39,847 nucleotides of DNA. It comes from a virus. The stretch is from positions 1 through 39,847 of IMG/VR virus record IMGVR_UViG_3300031228_000003. One strand, written 5' to 3'. A program made the position numbers and the translations under genes. Under the pieces are notes generated by a model that saw only the letters and a program-made list of their open reading frames with translations, was not told the origin of the DNA and did not search any database. Numbering within the stretch: the stretch's first letter is position 1; every line of letters begins with the position of its first letter. This document shows, in pieces, positions 7,219 through 16,117 of the stretch.

Positions 7219-7634
7219 GGAACTTCAACATAGCGAAGAGTGACGACGGTTCGTATATCAGGGCCAGCCTACAAACCGGCAATGATCCTACATTCAAAGT
7301 CGAATCATTCTGGTTCCACGTTATGTTAACCGGAGAGAAGGGGACGCGCTCGGAACGTTGGGTATGGACCTTGTACAATGGTCCATACCAGATTGATTCG
7401 GGGAACAGGGGGACGGACTTTGCGGCAATCCGGGAAGCCGTCGAAAGGCTGAAGGTATATATAATAACCTTGTACAACAAGGTAACGGAAACCAATTTCC
7501 AGCTATGGTATACGGAACGGAAGGTAGACCAAAGGCAATTCATCGATTCAATACCAACACCGAACGGGGGAGCGAATGGAGGAGCGGAAACCGACGGAGC
7601 GGACGCAGCAGTTCCAGTGGATACAGAAGTGTGA
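7215..7634 (+). CDS. hypothetical protein
   Basis: 139-aa ORF with an ATGA overlap with the upstream gene. Confidence 0.6.
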   Translation: MRNFNIAKSDDGSYIRASLQTGNDPTFKVESFWFHVMLTGEKGTRSERWVWTLYNGPYQIDSGNRGTDFAAIREAVERLKVYIITLYNKVTETNFQLWYTERKVDQRQFIDSIPTPNGGANGGAETDGADAAVPVDTEV

Positions 7635-7875
7635 TGGAACCTTGTGGATATACAAGGCAGCCGGATACACGATCCGTATAACGTCAGCCACAACAACGTC
7701 ATACAAGTGGCGACTGTATGACGTAACCGGAGAACTGCTGTACATTGACGATGTGAGGATAGAGGGGGAAGCGGAAGACTTGGATGAGGCAAAGCACAAT
7801 TCGGAATACGGATTAATGGGTTACCTTGCTTGGGTCAAGGATCGAATTAGGATGAATAACGGGATAAGCCCATAA
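7576..7875 (+). CDS. hypothetical protein
   Basis: 99-aa ORF with a GGGGGAG Shine-Dalgarno. The TAA stop lies inside PAL 7868..7885. Confidence 0.55.
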   Translation: MEERKPTERTQQFQWIQKCDGTLWIYKAAGYTIRITSATTTSYKWRLYDVTGELLYIDDVRIEGEAEDLDEAKHNSEYGLMGYLAWVKDRIRMNNGISP

Positions 7876-7885
7876 CGTTATGGGC
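7868..7885. repeat. PAL copy GCCC-ATAACGTTAT-GGGC
   Basis: Exact. It contains the TAA stop of gene 7576..7875. Confidence 0.9.
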
Positions 7886-7944
7886 TTGCATCGAACCGGG
7901 AGATATGTTATATTGTCCCTGTTCACCTTCGCTTCCCCGCGAAT

Positions 7945-7990
7945 ACAGGGGCACCCTTTAAGTGATTTGTGGGTGCCCCTGTTTATTTAA
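7945..7990. terminator. intrinsic terminator between convergent blocks
   Basis: Perfect 12-bp stem ACAGGGGCACCC (7945..7956) / GGGTGCCCCTGT (7971..7982) with a 14-nt loop. It is followed by TTATTT on the plus strand. Confidence 0.75.
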
Positions 7991-8459
7991 AGCCAATGAT
8001 CTTTTCAGCGTTCCGGCTTATCACTTCCTGAATCTCTTCAATGTCTTCGTCCTGAACAACCGCAATCGGACGGGGTGGGAATATACCTATCATGGGGCCA
8101 CCCCATATCTCGCGCCTATCTCCAAAGTGATGAGTCGGGAAATCTTCTCTTGCACTCGACACGACAACACCCCGAGGGGTAGGGACAACAACAATAGATG
8201 CCTTAAGGTGTGCCGTATCGGTTAGAGTAATCCCCCCTTCCTCCCGCACTCTATGCGATAGAGGCCAGCGTTCAGAGCCACCCCCATACGGTCCGCTCCC
8301 GTACCGACCCCCTACGTTAAAGTTCTCGTCAATACTCGATTTGATTATTAGGGCAATCTCTCCCATCACCCGATGTAAATCAAATTCATCCCGTTGCGCT
8401 TTCGCTAATGCTCTTTGTAGCTCGTCGGCCTGAACTTGTATCTCTGATAACTTAGCCAT
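7983..8459 (-). CDS. Mu gpG-like virion morphogenesis protein (putative)
   Basis: In-frame ATG 8459 (MAKLSEIQ) starts 1 nt after the upstream stop. The position after the Mu F-like gene supports the call, as do the segments ..ERWPL.. and ..THHFG.. typical of this family as recalled. Confidence 0.5.
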   Translation of the reverse strand: MAKLSEIQVQADELQRALAKAQRDEFDLHRVMGEIALIIKSSIDENFNVGGRYGSGPYGGGSERWPLSHRVREEGGITLTDTAHLKASIVVVPTPRGVVVSSAREDFPTHHFGDRREIWGGPMIGIFPPRPIAVVQDEDIEEIQEVISRNAEKIIGFK

Positions 8460-8460
8460 A

Positions 8461-9258
8461 TCACAGCACCCCCCGTTCCCGCGAACGTTCGTCGGTTTCC
8501 TGCCGACGTTTGACAAGGAAGTTTCGATACGCTTGTGTTAGCCCCTTGGGATATTTACTTACGTCCGGTTCGTATTCATCCAATGGGGTTTTGTTGAACC
8601 CTTCGGATGCTTGCCAGTCGCTACCCGTATCCTCGTCAAGTATACTTAACCCCTTACGACGAACTTCACTCTCGGAGAGACTTGAAACAGTAGTTCGACA
8701 CTGATAGTGATTCGGTCCGATTGCACGTTTAAGCAGGGGGTGACTGTGGTGCAATACCTTGCCGCCGATGACCGACTCAAGTTTACGGCATATATCCGAT
8801 TGTCTGGAATCGTTAACAAAGTTGAAACGTCTGTACGGTCGTTCATTCAGGAACTCGTTTTGTTGTATCATTTGTCCGGCCGATAGTGCAGATTGTACGT
8901 TCGTCCGGAATATGGTTTCCAGTCGATGGGGGGTCAGCTTGACCGTTCGTGTTCCCCCGTCTTCCGTCGGCTGCGTTATCGTATCGCCTACTCCGATCGA
9001 TGCAAGCCGGTCCTCTAATTCCTCTTTCCATTGCTCGACAGTTAGACCCGTGCCGACGGCATCGACGAGGGAATTACGTAACTCCGTCAGTATATCCATT
9101 CGGAGAACTCCCGCACTGGTAAACGTCGTGTTATGCGCACGGTCCAACATATCACGCCACGTGTCGGTTATCTTGTATCCCTTACTGGCAAGGTATTTAA
9201 CGGCTTCTTCCGGGGGTAGGTTGAATGCCGCACGGAAATCAATCGGGTTCAGGTTCAT
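8461..9258 (-). CDS. head morphogenesis protein, Mu gpF / SPP1 gp7 family
   Basis: It lies immediately downstream of the portal gene. The C-terminal signature is D.RQSDICRKL..GKV....HP....GPNHYQCRTT. Confidence 0.8.
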   Translation of the reverse strand: MNLNPIDFRAAFNLPPEEAVKYLASKGYKITDTWRDMLDRAHNTTFTSAGVLRMDILTELRNSLVDAVGTGLTVEQWKEELEDRLASIGVGDTITQPTEDGGTRTVKLTPHRLETIFRTNVQSALSAGQMIQQNEFLNERPYRRFNFVNDSRQSDICRKLESVIGGKVLHHSHPLLKRAIGPNHYQCRTTVSSLSESEVRRKGLSILDEDTGSDWQASEGFNKTPLDEYEPDVSKYPKGLTQAYRNFLVKRRQETDERSRERGVL

Positions 9259-9290
9259 TATCGTATGTCCGTTTTCTTGAAGATTTCGAG

Positions 9291-9309
9291 GGGGTATAAC
9301 GTTATGGGC
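9291..9309. repeat. PAL copy GGGGT-ATAACGTTAT-GGGC
   Basis: Exact core, within composite element copy B. Confidence 0.9.
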
Positions 9310-9331
9310 TGATTCTGTGCAAATTTGAGGG
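9310..9331 (-). promoter_or_regulatory. CCCTC-box copy (minus strand CCCTCAAATTTGCACAGAATCA)
   Basis: It lies between PAL copies 9291..9309 and 9329..9346. Confidence 0.6.
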
Positions 9332-9346
9332 TATAACGTTATGGGC
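9329..9346. repeat. PAL copy GGGT-ATAACGTTAT-GGGC
   Basis: Exact core. On the minus strand it abuts the TAG stop of the portal gene. Confidence 0.9.
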
Positions 9347-11073
9347 TATTCGACCTCCGCCACCGCTCCCGCAATCGCTGCAAGGAACTGGCTTTGTATA
9401 ACATCTGATTCCAACTTACCCGTATCGATCATATCGAACGCTTCTGGAGTCAACAGGAATTCCTCTATCTCTTTGGCGGACATTCCCGATAGTCTCTCTT
9501 TGATTGCGTCGACCATAGGCGCAACCGTTGCCGACACTTCCCGTTCGTCAAGTGCAACCCCAAGCACGGTTTCCGTTGCCGCTTGGGGTTGGGTTAATCC
9601 TTCGCCCAATTCAACGGCAAACCGTTTGTTGTCGAGTTGCTTCGGAACATCACCCTCCGGAAGGGTGCGATTAAATCCCGGTCCGGGTGCAACGGGTGCG
9701 GACACTCCGAACGAATCGGCAGGGAACAGGCCGAGTGCATCCGGATAGTCATAACCAAACGCCGTCATTGCCGCATTAATGCAGATGTTCCGGGGAAGCA
9801 TTCCGCTTGCATAAGCTACCTGATACTGGTACAGGGTTGTGAGACCGCCGACGGTAAAGCGTACCTGATTAGACGATATACTCGGAATCTTGAATGAGTC
9901 AATTTCCAGACCGTAGGTCTTCGCGTAATACTCTTTGTTGAAGATTATGCCGTGGTCCTTTGCAAGTCCCGTATCCCGGTTCAGAATGTTTATATCGAAC
10001 TTCTCCTTTTTGCGAAGCTCGATCCATGGAAGTCGCTCCGGTTCGAGTCCGTAGTTCATCACGTTGATATAATTGATCAACGTGAAAAAGAACTGTTCGA
10101 CAAGGCGCGCCCCACTGACTACGATATCCTCCCGAACCTGAACGGCCGTCTCTTGGTCCCCCAATGCTCCCGGCGTTCCGTTCATTGCCCCGTCATGCCC
10201 TAACCATATCTGCGTGATTATACTATCGACGTACTCGATTGCTTCTCTGTAGATAGCGGAGTTCGAACTTGAACCCGTTGACTTGACATCGGCCGATACC
10301 GATTCAGGGAGAACAAGGATACCGTCCTGATACATTTCAAGTACCGTGTTCGCAAGTTCCTGAACCTTACCATCTTCTTCAAAGAACACAGGGTTATACG
10401 TGATCGTAGGCCACGGCATACCATAGCGTTCGGCAAAGAGAAGCCAGAATTCAAGGTTAGTCTTTTTGATCTGAACAGGCCAGTAACACTGTTCCAGATT
10501 TGACTTGCCGTACGGGTTCGTTGCCGTCGGTTGATTGCGGGATATGATAACCTTCATCGGGTGTTCGATCGGTTCGCCCCCGTGGTTATGTATACTCCGG
10601 AATAGCAACTTACCCGTGTCGTCAAAGCCAAACCATTTAGCCGGTTTGAGCGTTGCCGCTACGGGGTCGATACGTCCGGCCGGTCCCCCCTTCCATTCGA
10701 TCTCGTGAACAGCATACCCGTATTGTTTGGCCGTTAGTATCTCTTCAATTAGTTGCATTATCGGGAGCGATTCAATAACAGCCTGAATCTCCGTGAATAT
10801 GTCAACCGGACAATCTCCCGGAATTACGGTAAACTCCCGGCTGGTAACTCCGGCATTGAATGCCTGAATTGCCGCACTTACCTTACCGTCCGATAACAGT
10901 TCATCGTAAACGGTAATATCCCTCCCGATCTTGTTAAGCAGGGTGGAGGGATTCGGCATAATCTTGAGCAGACCGGACAACGCTTGTGCAACGCTCCCGA
11001 AACTACCTCGTGCCGTTCGGGTGTTGATCGTGTCCGGCTTTAATAGTGCCGCTACATTTCCTTTGTGTGCCAT
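9346..11073 (-). CDS. portal protein (Mu gp29 / DUF935-like)
   Basis: 575 aa, placed between the large terminase and the Mu F-like gene. The N-terminal region resembles DUF935 portals. The TAG stop abuts PAL 9329..9346. Confidence 0.8.
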   Translation of the reverse strand: MAHKGNVAALLKPDTINTRTARGSFGSVAQALSGLLKIMPNPSTLLNKIGRDITVYDELLSDGKVSAAIQAFNAGVTSREFTVIPGDCPVDIFTEIQAVIESLPIMQLIEEILTAKQYGYAVHEIEWKGGPAGRIDPVAATLKPAKWFGFDDTGKLLFRSIHNHGGEPIEHPMKVIISRNQPTATNPYGKSNLEQCYWPVQIKKTNLEFWLLFAERYGMPWPTITYNPVFFEEDGKVQELANTVLEMYQDGILVLPESVSADVKSTGSSSNSAIYREAIEYVDSIITQIWLGHDGAMNGTPGALGDQETAVQVREDIVVSGARLVEQFFFTLINYINVMNYGLEPERLPWIELRKKEKFDINILNRDTGLAKDHGIIFNKEYYAKTYGLEIDSFKIPSISSNQVRFTVGGLTTLYQYQVAYASGMLPRNICINAAMTAFGYDYPDALGLFPADSFGVSAPVAPGPGFNRTLPEGDVPKQLDNKRFAVELGEGLTQPQAATETVLGVALDEREVSATVAPMVDAIKERLSGMSAKEIEEFLLTPEAFDMIDTGKLESDVIQSQFLAAIAGAVAEVE

Positions 11074-11074
11074 A

Positions 11075-11092
11075 GCCTATAACGTTATGGGT
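11075..11092. repeat. PAL copy GCCT-ATAACGTTAT-GGGT
   Basis: Exact core. It lies between the large terminase stop and the portal start. Confidence 0.9.
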
Positions 11093-11097
11093 TGGGA

Positions 11098-12420
11098 TTA
11101 AAAACCTCTATCTCTCAATCGTCCCCGTCTCTTGCTCCGACGTTCCAGACTCTTATCAACTCCGACCCCCTTCGTAGAATTCGGACGATGAAGCGAATGA
11201 TTCCCGGAACCTTCACGGGGAATAACGTACTTAAGACCGTGCGTGTACATTGCGTATCGCATAGCGTCCAAGGCATGATCTTGCAGTTTGACCGGTTCGT
11301 CAAGTATCATCCCCCGATACTCCCGGAATTCATACAGGCTGAACTCTCTTTCGAGATTTGGGGAATTATCCTCGACAATGATACGGTTATTCTGACAGAA
11401 TCGTATTCCATCGATTACCGACTTGTTCGAAGGCGACGCGTTAAACCCCTTCAATTGCAATTCCCGAATCCGGTTCGGTTCCGCACTATCGCAATAGATC
11501 GGGATGGATCGTTTCCCCTTGGGAATCTCCCGTTCCAGTATTTCATGCAATAGGGTGTCGTTCACTTGGGTATCATACAGAACCTCCCGTACCCGAACCG
11601 TTCGCATTTCCTGCCATTGCACGTGTACAACGGCAAGGGGGGAATTTATACCGAAGTCGATTCCGTATGCTTCGGTTATCGGGGTGACAAGGGCTCCGGT
11701 TTCGTCAACGCTCCACGTGCTATATATGACGTGCTCCGGAACGGCCCACTTACCCTTGTCGTATACGTCCCCCGCCATCTTGGATAGTGTGTACTGCTCC
11801 TGATATTCGAGGATCGTTTCAGGGTCGAGGAAATCGTTATCTCTCCACGTGCTATGAATAAGCTTCGTTCGGTCCCCGTACTTTCCCTTGATGTGGATAT
11901 CCTGATTGATCCAATGGTAAAAGTTGATCGGGTTATACGACAAGATGATTTGCTTATAACAGTCGGTGTATCCGCGGAGACGACGGTTCAGTTCGTTGAA
12001 ATCGTTAAACCGTAGTTCGGTCGCCTCTTCAATCCACATTGACGAAATGCCGGAAATCGATTTGAGTTTTTCGGGATCGTCAATGCCTTTGAAGATACAG
12101 GCGTTCCCGTTCAACAAGCATTCAATTTCCAGTAGCCCCCTGCGGATATTGAACAGGTGAGAGATGCCCCACTGTTCGATAACGTTGCATATCTCCCGAA
12201 AGCAACTCTGACGAATCGAGTTCCCTATCTTCCGGATCACAAGGCAACGAAAACCCGTATCCTGCAACATCCGATAGACAACCTTTTGTGCAGCCGCTAC
12301 GGACTTGCCCGAACCGGCACCACCCCACAGATGAAAGAAACGGGTTTCGTCGAAAAGGAAATCGTGATATATCGGATTGACGACGTCCGACGATAACGAT
12401 ATTTCCACGGGGCTATTCAT
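11098..12420 (-). CDS. terminase large subunit
   Basis: Walker A WGGAGSGKS and a nuclease-type C-terminal half are present. ATG 12420 has an AGGAG Shine-Dalgarno 7 nt upstream. ATG 12435 is an alternative start. Confidence 0.85.
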   Translation of the reverse strand: MNSPVEISLSSDVVNPIYHDFLFDETRFFHLWGGAGSGKSVAAAQKVVYRMLQDTGFRCLVIRKIGNSIRQSCFREICNVIEQWGISHLFNIRRGLLEIECLLNGNACIFKGIDDPEKLKSISGISSMWIEEATELRFNDFNELNRRLRGYTDCYKQIILSYNPINFYHWINQDIHIKGKYGDRTKLIHSTWRDNDFLDPETILEYQEQYTLSKMAGDVYDKGKWAVPEHVIYSTWSVDETGALVTPITEAYGIDFGINSPLAVVHVQWQEMRTVRVREVLYDTQVNDTLLHEILEREIPKGKRSIPIYCDSAEPNRIRELQLKGFNASPSNKSVIDGIRFCQNNRIIVEDNSPNLEREFSLYEFREYRGMILDEPVKLQDHALDAMRYAMYTHGLKYVIPREGSGNHSLHRPNSTKGVGVDKSLERRSKRRGRLRDRGF

Positions 12421-12937
12421 CGGAATACTCCTCATCGTATCCGTTACCCATATCGTGTCCGATCCGTTGTGCTTCCTGCAATTTCAATTCATAGATCTTT
12501 CGCTTTGCCTCTTCCTTCCGCCTCTGCAATGTCGGGTCGAGTTTTATCGTTACCGTCGTATTCGTAATTCCAATGTTCGTAGTGGGGGATGGTTTGCGGA
12601 ATCCGGATTCCGGTCTATGCGATAACCACCACTTCGAAAGATCGTCTTTCCTGAATTCATCCGCTTCCGGATCGGTTATGACTTCCGCTATGTTGTCACT
12701 TGCAGCATCGTCTATTGATGCTTTCAGGTCGTCACTCAATCGCTTTAACTGGGGATGCCGTCGGCACCAGTACGAGATAGCGGCCGGTTCGACCTCAAGT
12801 AATCGAGCGGCCTGTTTCATTATCCCCCGACTTGCTTTCAGGGCATCGGCTACCCGTTGCACGGTCAACCCTTTGTTTGCAGACGTGGTAGCGACCGGAA
12901 CGGGTAGGGTCTTTTTAATCGGTTTCGGCTTTGCCAT
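12413..12937 (-). CDS. terminase small subunit (putative, HTH-containing)
   Basis: It lies directly upstream of, and overlaps, the large terminase gene. An HTH-like segment is MKQAARLLEVEPAAISYW. Confidence 0.55.
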   Translation of the reverse strand: MAKPKPIKKTLPVPVATTSANKGLTVQRVADALKASRGIMKQAARLLEVEPAAISYWCRRHPQLKRLSDDLKASIDDAASDNIAEVITDPEADEFRKDDLSKWWLSHRPESGFRKPSPTTNIGITNTTVTIKLDPTLQRRKEEAKRKIYELKLQEAQRIGHDMGNGYDEEYSDE

Positions 12938-12956
12938 TTTAGCGTGGGTTCATTCA

Positions 12957-12974
12957 GCCCATAACGTTATGGGC
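12957..12974. repeat. PAL copy GCCC-ATAACGTTAT-GGGC
   Basis: Exact. It lies in the divergent region between the leftward and rightward late blocks. Confidence 0.9.
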
Positions 12975-12994
12975 AAGGGTTAAACGGTTCGTCT

Positions 12995-13024
12995 TTTACA
13001 AGGTAGGTCATAGACGGATATATT
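12995..13024 (+). promoter_or_regulatory. sigma70-like promoter candidate for the late rightward operon (near-leaderless)
   Basis: TTTACA (12995..13000), an 18-nt spacer, then TATATT (13019..13024). ATG 13030 follows 5 nt later with no Shine-Dalgarno. Confidence 0.35.
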
Positions 13025-13029
13025 CCTAC

Positions 13030-14157
13030 ATGCCTAAGACTTACGAAATAGAGTGCTTCTATCCGGGAGAACATCGGCTTTCCTCCGGTGACCGTTGGGT
13101 ATTCACAATCTCCCAACTGCAAAGGTCCGTCGATCTGTATAACCGACGGGTTGCCGGGGGTGGGAATTACGCTCCCGTTGTGCTCGGTCACCCGGAAGAC
13201 AACGCACCCCAATTCGGTTTCGTAAAGCGTGCGTTCATAGAGGATAACGCACTATGGTTGGAGGTTGTTGTAAACGACAACCTCAACGGCTGGTTAGAGG
13301 AGGGGTACTATCCGGAGCGGTCAATTTCGTTCTACGATGAAATCGACCCGAAGACCGGAGAGAAATATCTATACTTGGATCATATCGGTTTCCTTGGAGC
13401 GGTTCCCCCCGCACTTGCCAACCTCCGGAACGATGGTCTCCCCATTCCGGAAGAGTGGATTAAGCAACCCTCCAAGAAACCGGCAATGGCTTTTTCATTA
13501 CCGACCGAATATAAATTCATCAATGCAACGGACGGCAAGCGAACACCGTCCAAGAACAAACGGAGTTTTGCAATGGAAGAACAGGAAGCAAGAGAACTCT
13601 TTACGGAAATGTTCAACGAGAACATTACTCCAATTACCGAAACCCTTAATCAGATTCGTACTGATATTCAGGGGATTCAGGAGCAACTAAGCGGGGGTGA
13701 GGAAGAGCCGGAAGAGGAGGTCGAAGCGGAAGAGGCTGCAAAGCCGGACCCGGCATTCAGTGCGTTTGCCAAGAAGATTAACGACGGACAGACGCAGATG
13801 TCGGCCGAGATTATGGCTATCCGAAATGAGACGTCGGCACATAAGTTTTCGGCGTGGCTGGACTCTGAAAACGTCCGGTCCCGGATGACGAAAGAGACGA
13901 GAGAAAAAGCTATTAAGATGTTCTCTTCACTTGCTACGAAGGGGAAAGCGTTTAGCGTAGGGGCGAACGGGACGACGGAAGATTCCGAAGAGATCACGAG
14001 TTTCAAGGAAATGATTGAATCGCTTCCGGCTATTGCTCCAACGGGTGCGGACGTATATACGAACGGGAAGGCTTTTTCTTCGTTCCATCCCGCTACCCGT
14101 GGTAACGGTGTGAGCGTAGAGGAGCAGGCGAAGCGCATCGAAAAGATGCTTCGCTAA
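13030..14157 (+). CDS. head maturation protease / scaffold fusion (Mu gpI-like, putative)
   Basis: It lies before the decoration and capsid genes. The N-terminal 130 aa resemble Mu I-type protease (..PVVLGHPED..FGFVKRAF..ALWLEV..). The C-terminal half is acidic and coiled-coil like a scaffold. Confidence 0.5.
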   Translation: MPKTYEIECFYPGEHRLSSGDRWVFTISQLQRSVDLYNRRVAGGGNYAPVVLGHPEDNAPQFGFVKRAFIEDNALWLEVVVNDNLNGWLEEGYYPERSISFYDEIDPKTGEKYLYLDHIGFLGAVPPALANLRNDGLPIPEEWIKQPSKKPAMAFSLPTEYKFINATDGKRTPSKNKRSFAMEEQEARELFTEMFNENITPITETLNQIRTDIQGIQEQLSGGEEEPEEEVEAEEAAKPDPAFSAFAKKINDGQTQMSAEIMAIRNETSAHKFSAWLDSENVRSRMTKETREKAIKMFSSLATKGKAFSVGANGTTEDSEEITSFKEMIESLPAIAPTGADVYTNGKAFSSFHPATRGNGVSVEEQAKRIEKMLR

Positions 14158-14187
14158 ATCGTAGCCGATTTAATCGTTCGGTTCCTA

Positions 14188-14205
14188 CCCCATAACGTTA
14201 TGGGC
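14188..14205. repeat. PAL copy CCCC-ATAACGTTAT-GGGC
   Basis: Exact core. It lies between the scaffold and decoration genes. Confidence 0.9.
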
Positions 14206-14235
14206 TAACACTCAAAATATTGGAGATATACAGCA

Positions 14236-14664
14236 ATGGCCAAGGACCTTGTAGTAGATAGCACGTCTTACGATCCGAAAGACGACCTGATTGCCGGACA
14301 CACTCCCGAACTCCGAACCCGTCGTATCCTGCTTGCAGCCTCACAAGGTGCGCTTGTACGGGGACAGGTTCTGAAAATGGATCTTGCAGACCATACGACC
14401 GGGGCCGTGAAGGGGACAACGACAAACGTTACCGACGTTCTTATAGCCGGTGCAACCGCCGGACATACGCTTGTTCCCGTCTACATTCTCTCGGAGGATA
14501 TAGCAGATGACGTCGGCACACAGTACGTGACCGTGTACGAGTGCGGCACGTTCAACGAAGAAAAGGTTCTCGAACTTTTCGACGCTGCACCTACGGCACA
14601 GGAAACACTTCTGTTCCGGGAGAACTGCCGGATTCACGGAATCTTTCTCCGCAAGGTAATCTGA
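14236..14664 (+). CDS. head decoration protein (lambda gpD-like)
   Basis: It lies immediately upstream of the E-like capsid gene. The segment YVTVYECGTFNEEKV parallels lambda D TLTFYKSGTFRYEDV. Confidence 0.55.
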   Translation: MAKDLVVDSTSYDPKDDLIAGHTPELRTRRILLAASQGALVRGQVLKMDLADHTTGAVKGTTTNVTDVLIAGATAGHTLVPVYILSEDIADDVGTQYVTVYECGTFNEEKVLELFDAAPTAQETLLFRENCRIHGIFLRKVI

Positions 14665-14720
14665 TAACCGACCGCCAATAATTCACTTAACGAATTCACT
14701 AACAACAATAGAGGAACGGC

Positions 14721-15761
14721 ATGGTTTACGATGAAGTAATTATGGCGGTCGCCAACGGTGAAGAACTCGACAAGAAGCGGGAAACCCGTTTCTTCCTCGA
14801 CAAGTTCTTCCCGTCGGGTGATGCCATTGGAACGAATTACGTTCGTCTCCTGAAATCAGTTGACGAACACGGGATTGCATCTTTCGTTCTTCCCCGTGAA
14901 GAGGCGAAAGTGGTAGGTGAACCGGGATATACTTCGCAGCTTATTGAAGCTCCGGTTATCCGGGAGAAGATTATTTATACCCCTGAAGACCTGCTCGAAC
15001 TCGGGGCCGCTCCCGGCTCTATCCTTCGGATGAGCGAAGGGGAAACGACCGATCAGGCCGCGGAGCGTCGCATTGCGCGGGGTCTGCTTAAGCTGCGGAA
15101 TCGAGCACTCCGGCGGGAGGAGGCTATGGCAATCGGAGCACTCTCCGGAGGGTGGACCTATGACGATGGCGAAGGGGTAGCCCTTGACGTTGACTTTGCA
15201 TTCCCTGTTGCAAATAAATTTGCACTTGCCGGGGGTGACATTTGGGGATCGACAACGGAGGATAAGGTTGGCCAGCTTGAAGACTGGATTAGAGTTACGG
15301 AAGAGTTCGGGGGTAACGTAACCGATATTGTTATGGGTCATCGTGCGTACCAACGTTTCATTACGGATACTGCCGTACAAGAGCTTTACGACAAGAACAA
15401 TATCCGTATCGGTGCGCTCGACAACACGAACCGAACCGATCGGTTTGCACGCGGCACGTGGGGAACAGCCCTTATTCACAAGGTATCCGAGCCGGTCAAG
15501 CTCGAAGACGGATCGACGATTAACCTTGTCGATCAGGATGGGGTCTGGATCATTTCCGACGCAATGGAAACGGATAAGGTATATGCGCGAATTGCTATAC
15601 TTGATCCGGAGACTAACCGTCCGATCAGTGCGCAGACTTCGATATACTCTAAGGAGTTCGTTTCGGGTGACGATCTACAGACCCTCGGACTTCTGTATGT
15701 ATCCCGTCCGTTCCCGATCCTCGCGAATCCGGGATCGGTTACGTTCGTCGAAACGGCATAA
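14721..15761 (+). CDS. major capsid protein (lambda gpE family)
   Basis: 346 aa. N-terminal FFLDKFFP and C-terminal PFPILANPGSVTFVETA parallel lambda E (LFLRLFF; PLMLLADPDEFVSVQLA). Confidence 0.8.
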   Translation: MVYDEVIMAVANGEELDKKRETRFFLDKFFPSGDAIGTNYVRLLKSVDEHGIASFVLPREEAKVVGEPGYTSQLIEAPVIREKIIYTPEDLLELGAAPGSILRMSEGETTDQAAERRIARGLLKLRNRALRREEAMAIGALSGGWTYDDGEGVALDVDFAFPVANKFALAGGDIWGSTTEDKVGQLEDWIRVTEEFGGNVTDIVMGHRAYQRFITDTAVQELYDKNNIRIGALDNTNRTDRFARGTWGTALIHKVSEPVKLEDGSTINLVDQDGVWIISDAMETDKVYARIAILDPETNRPISAQTSIYSKEFVSGDDLQTLGLLYVSRPFPILANPGSVTFVETA

Positions 15762-15764
15762 TAG

Positions 15765-15829
15765 TTATCCCGGTGCGGTTCCCTTTTCAGAGTGACGTTT
15801 AGGCATGGATCGGGAACCGGCCGGGATAA
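15765..15829 (+). terminator. long hairpin after the major capsid gene (attenuator or stabiliser; no T tract)
   Basis: TTATCCCGGTGCGGTTCCC (15765..15783) pairs with GGGAACCGGCCGGGATAA (15812..15829). That gives 16 bp with a small internal bulge. Confidence 0.5.
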
Positions 15830-15869
15830 TCCCCCACTAACTATAACATAAATCCGAAGGGTGATATAA

Positions 15870-16097
15870 ATGCAGACTACGGAAATCAGGTATATCCGGA
15901 ACGTTCGATACAAGAACCCGGATTCGGCTTTCGGTGAAAGCGTGACCGATGATAATTTTATCACGAAGGAATCGGGAACGGTCGAGACGGTCAGTGTCGA
16001 TCACGCCCGGAATCTTGTCCGACGGGGTTACGCTGAATACACTACGGGTAAGCAGAAGTCAAGGCCGACGGAAGAGAAAGCGAAGTCCGGCAAGTAG
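15870..16097 (+). CDS. hypothetical protein
   Basis: 75-aa ORF with a GGGTGA Shine-Dalgarno. The TAG stop abuts PAL 16097..16114. Confidence 0.5.
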   Translation: MQTTEIRYIRNVRYKNPDSAFGESVTDDNFITKESGTVETVSVDHARNLVRRGYAEYTTGKQKSRPTEEKAKSGK

Positions 16098-16114
16098 CCC
16101 ATAACGTTATGGGC
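16097..16114. repeat. PAL copy GCCC-ATAACGTTAT-GGGC
   Basis: Exact. It shares its G with the TAG stop of gene 15870..16097. Confidence 0.9.
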
Positions 16115-16117
16115 TAC

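Larger units (their letters stand above)
9269..9332 (-). repeat. 64-bp composite element, copy B, directly upstream of the Mu F-like gene
   Basis: The reverse complement reads ACCCTCAAATTTGCACAGAATCAGCCCATAACGTTATACCCCCTCGAAATCTTCAAGAAAACGG. Copy A reads ACCCTCAAAATTTGCGCAGAATCAGCCCATAACGTTATACCCCCTCAAAATCTTGCAGAAAACCG. Confidence 0.75.

Noticed and set aside
12967-13212. 81-aa minus-strand ORF spanning the divergent promoter region
   Set aside because: It overlaps the start of the protease/scaffold gene and the promoter candidate, and it begins inside that gene. It has no independent support.
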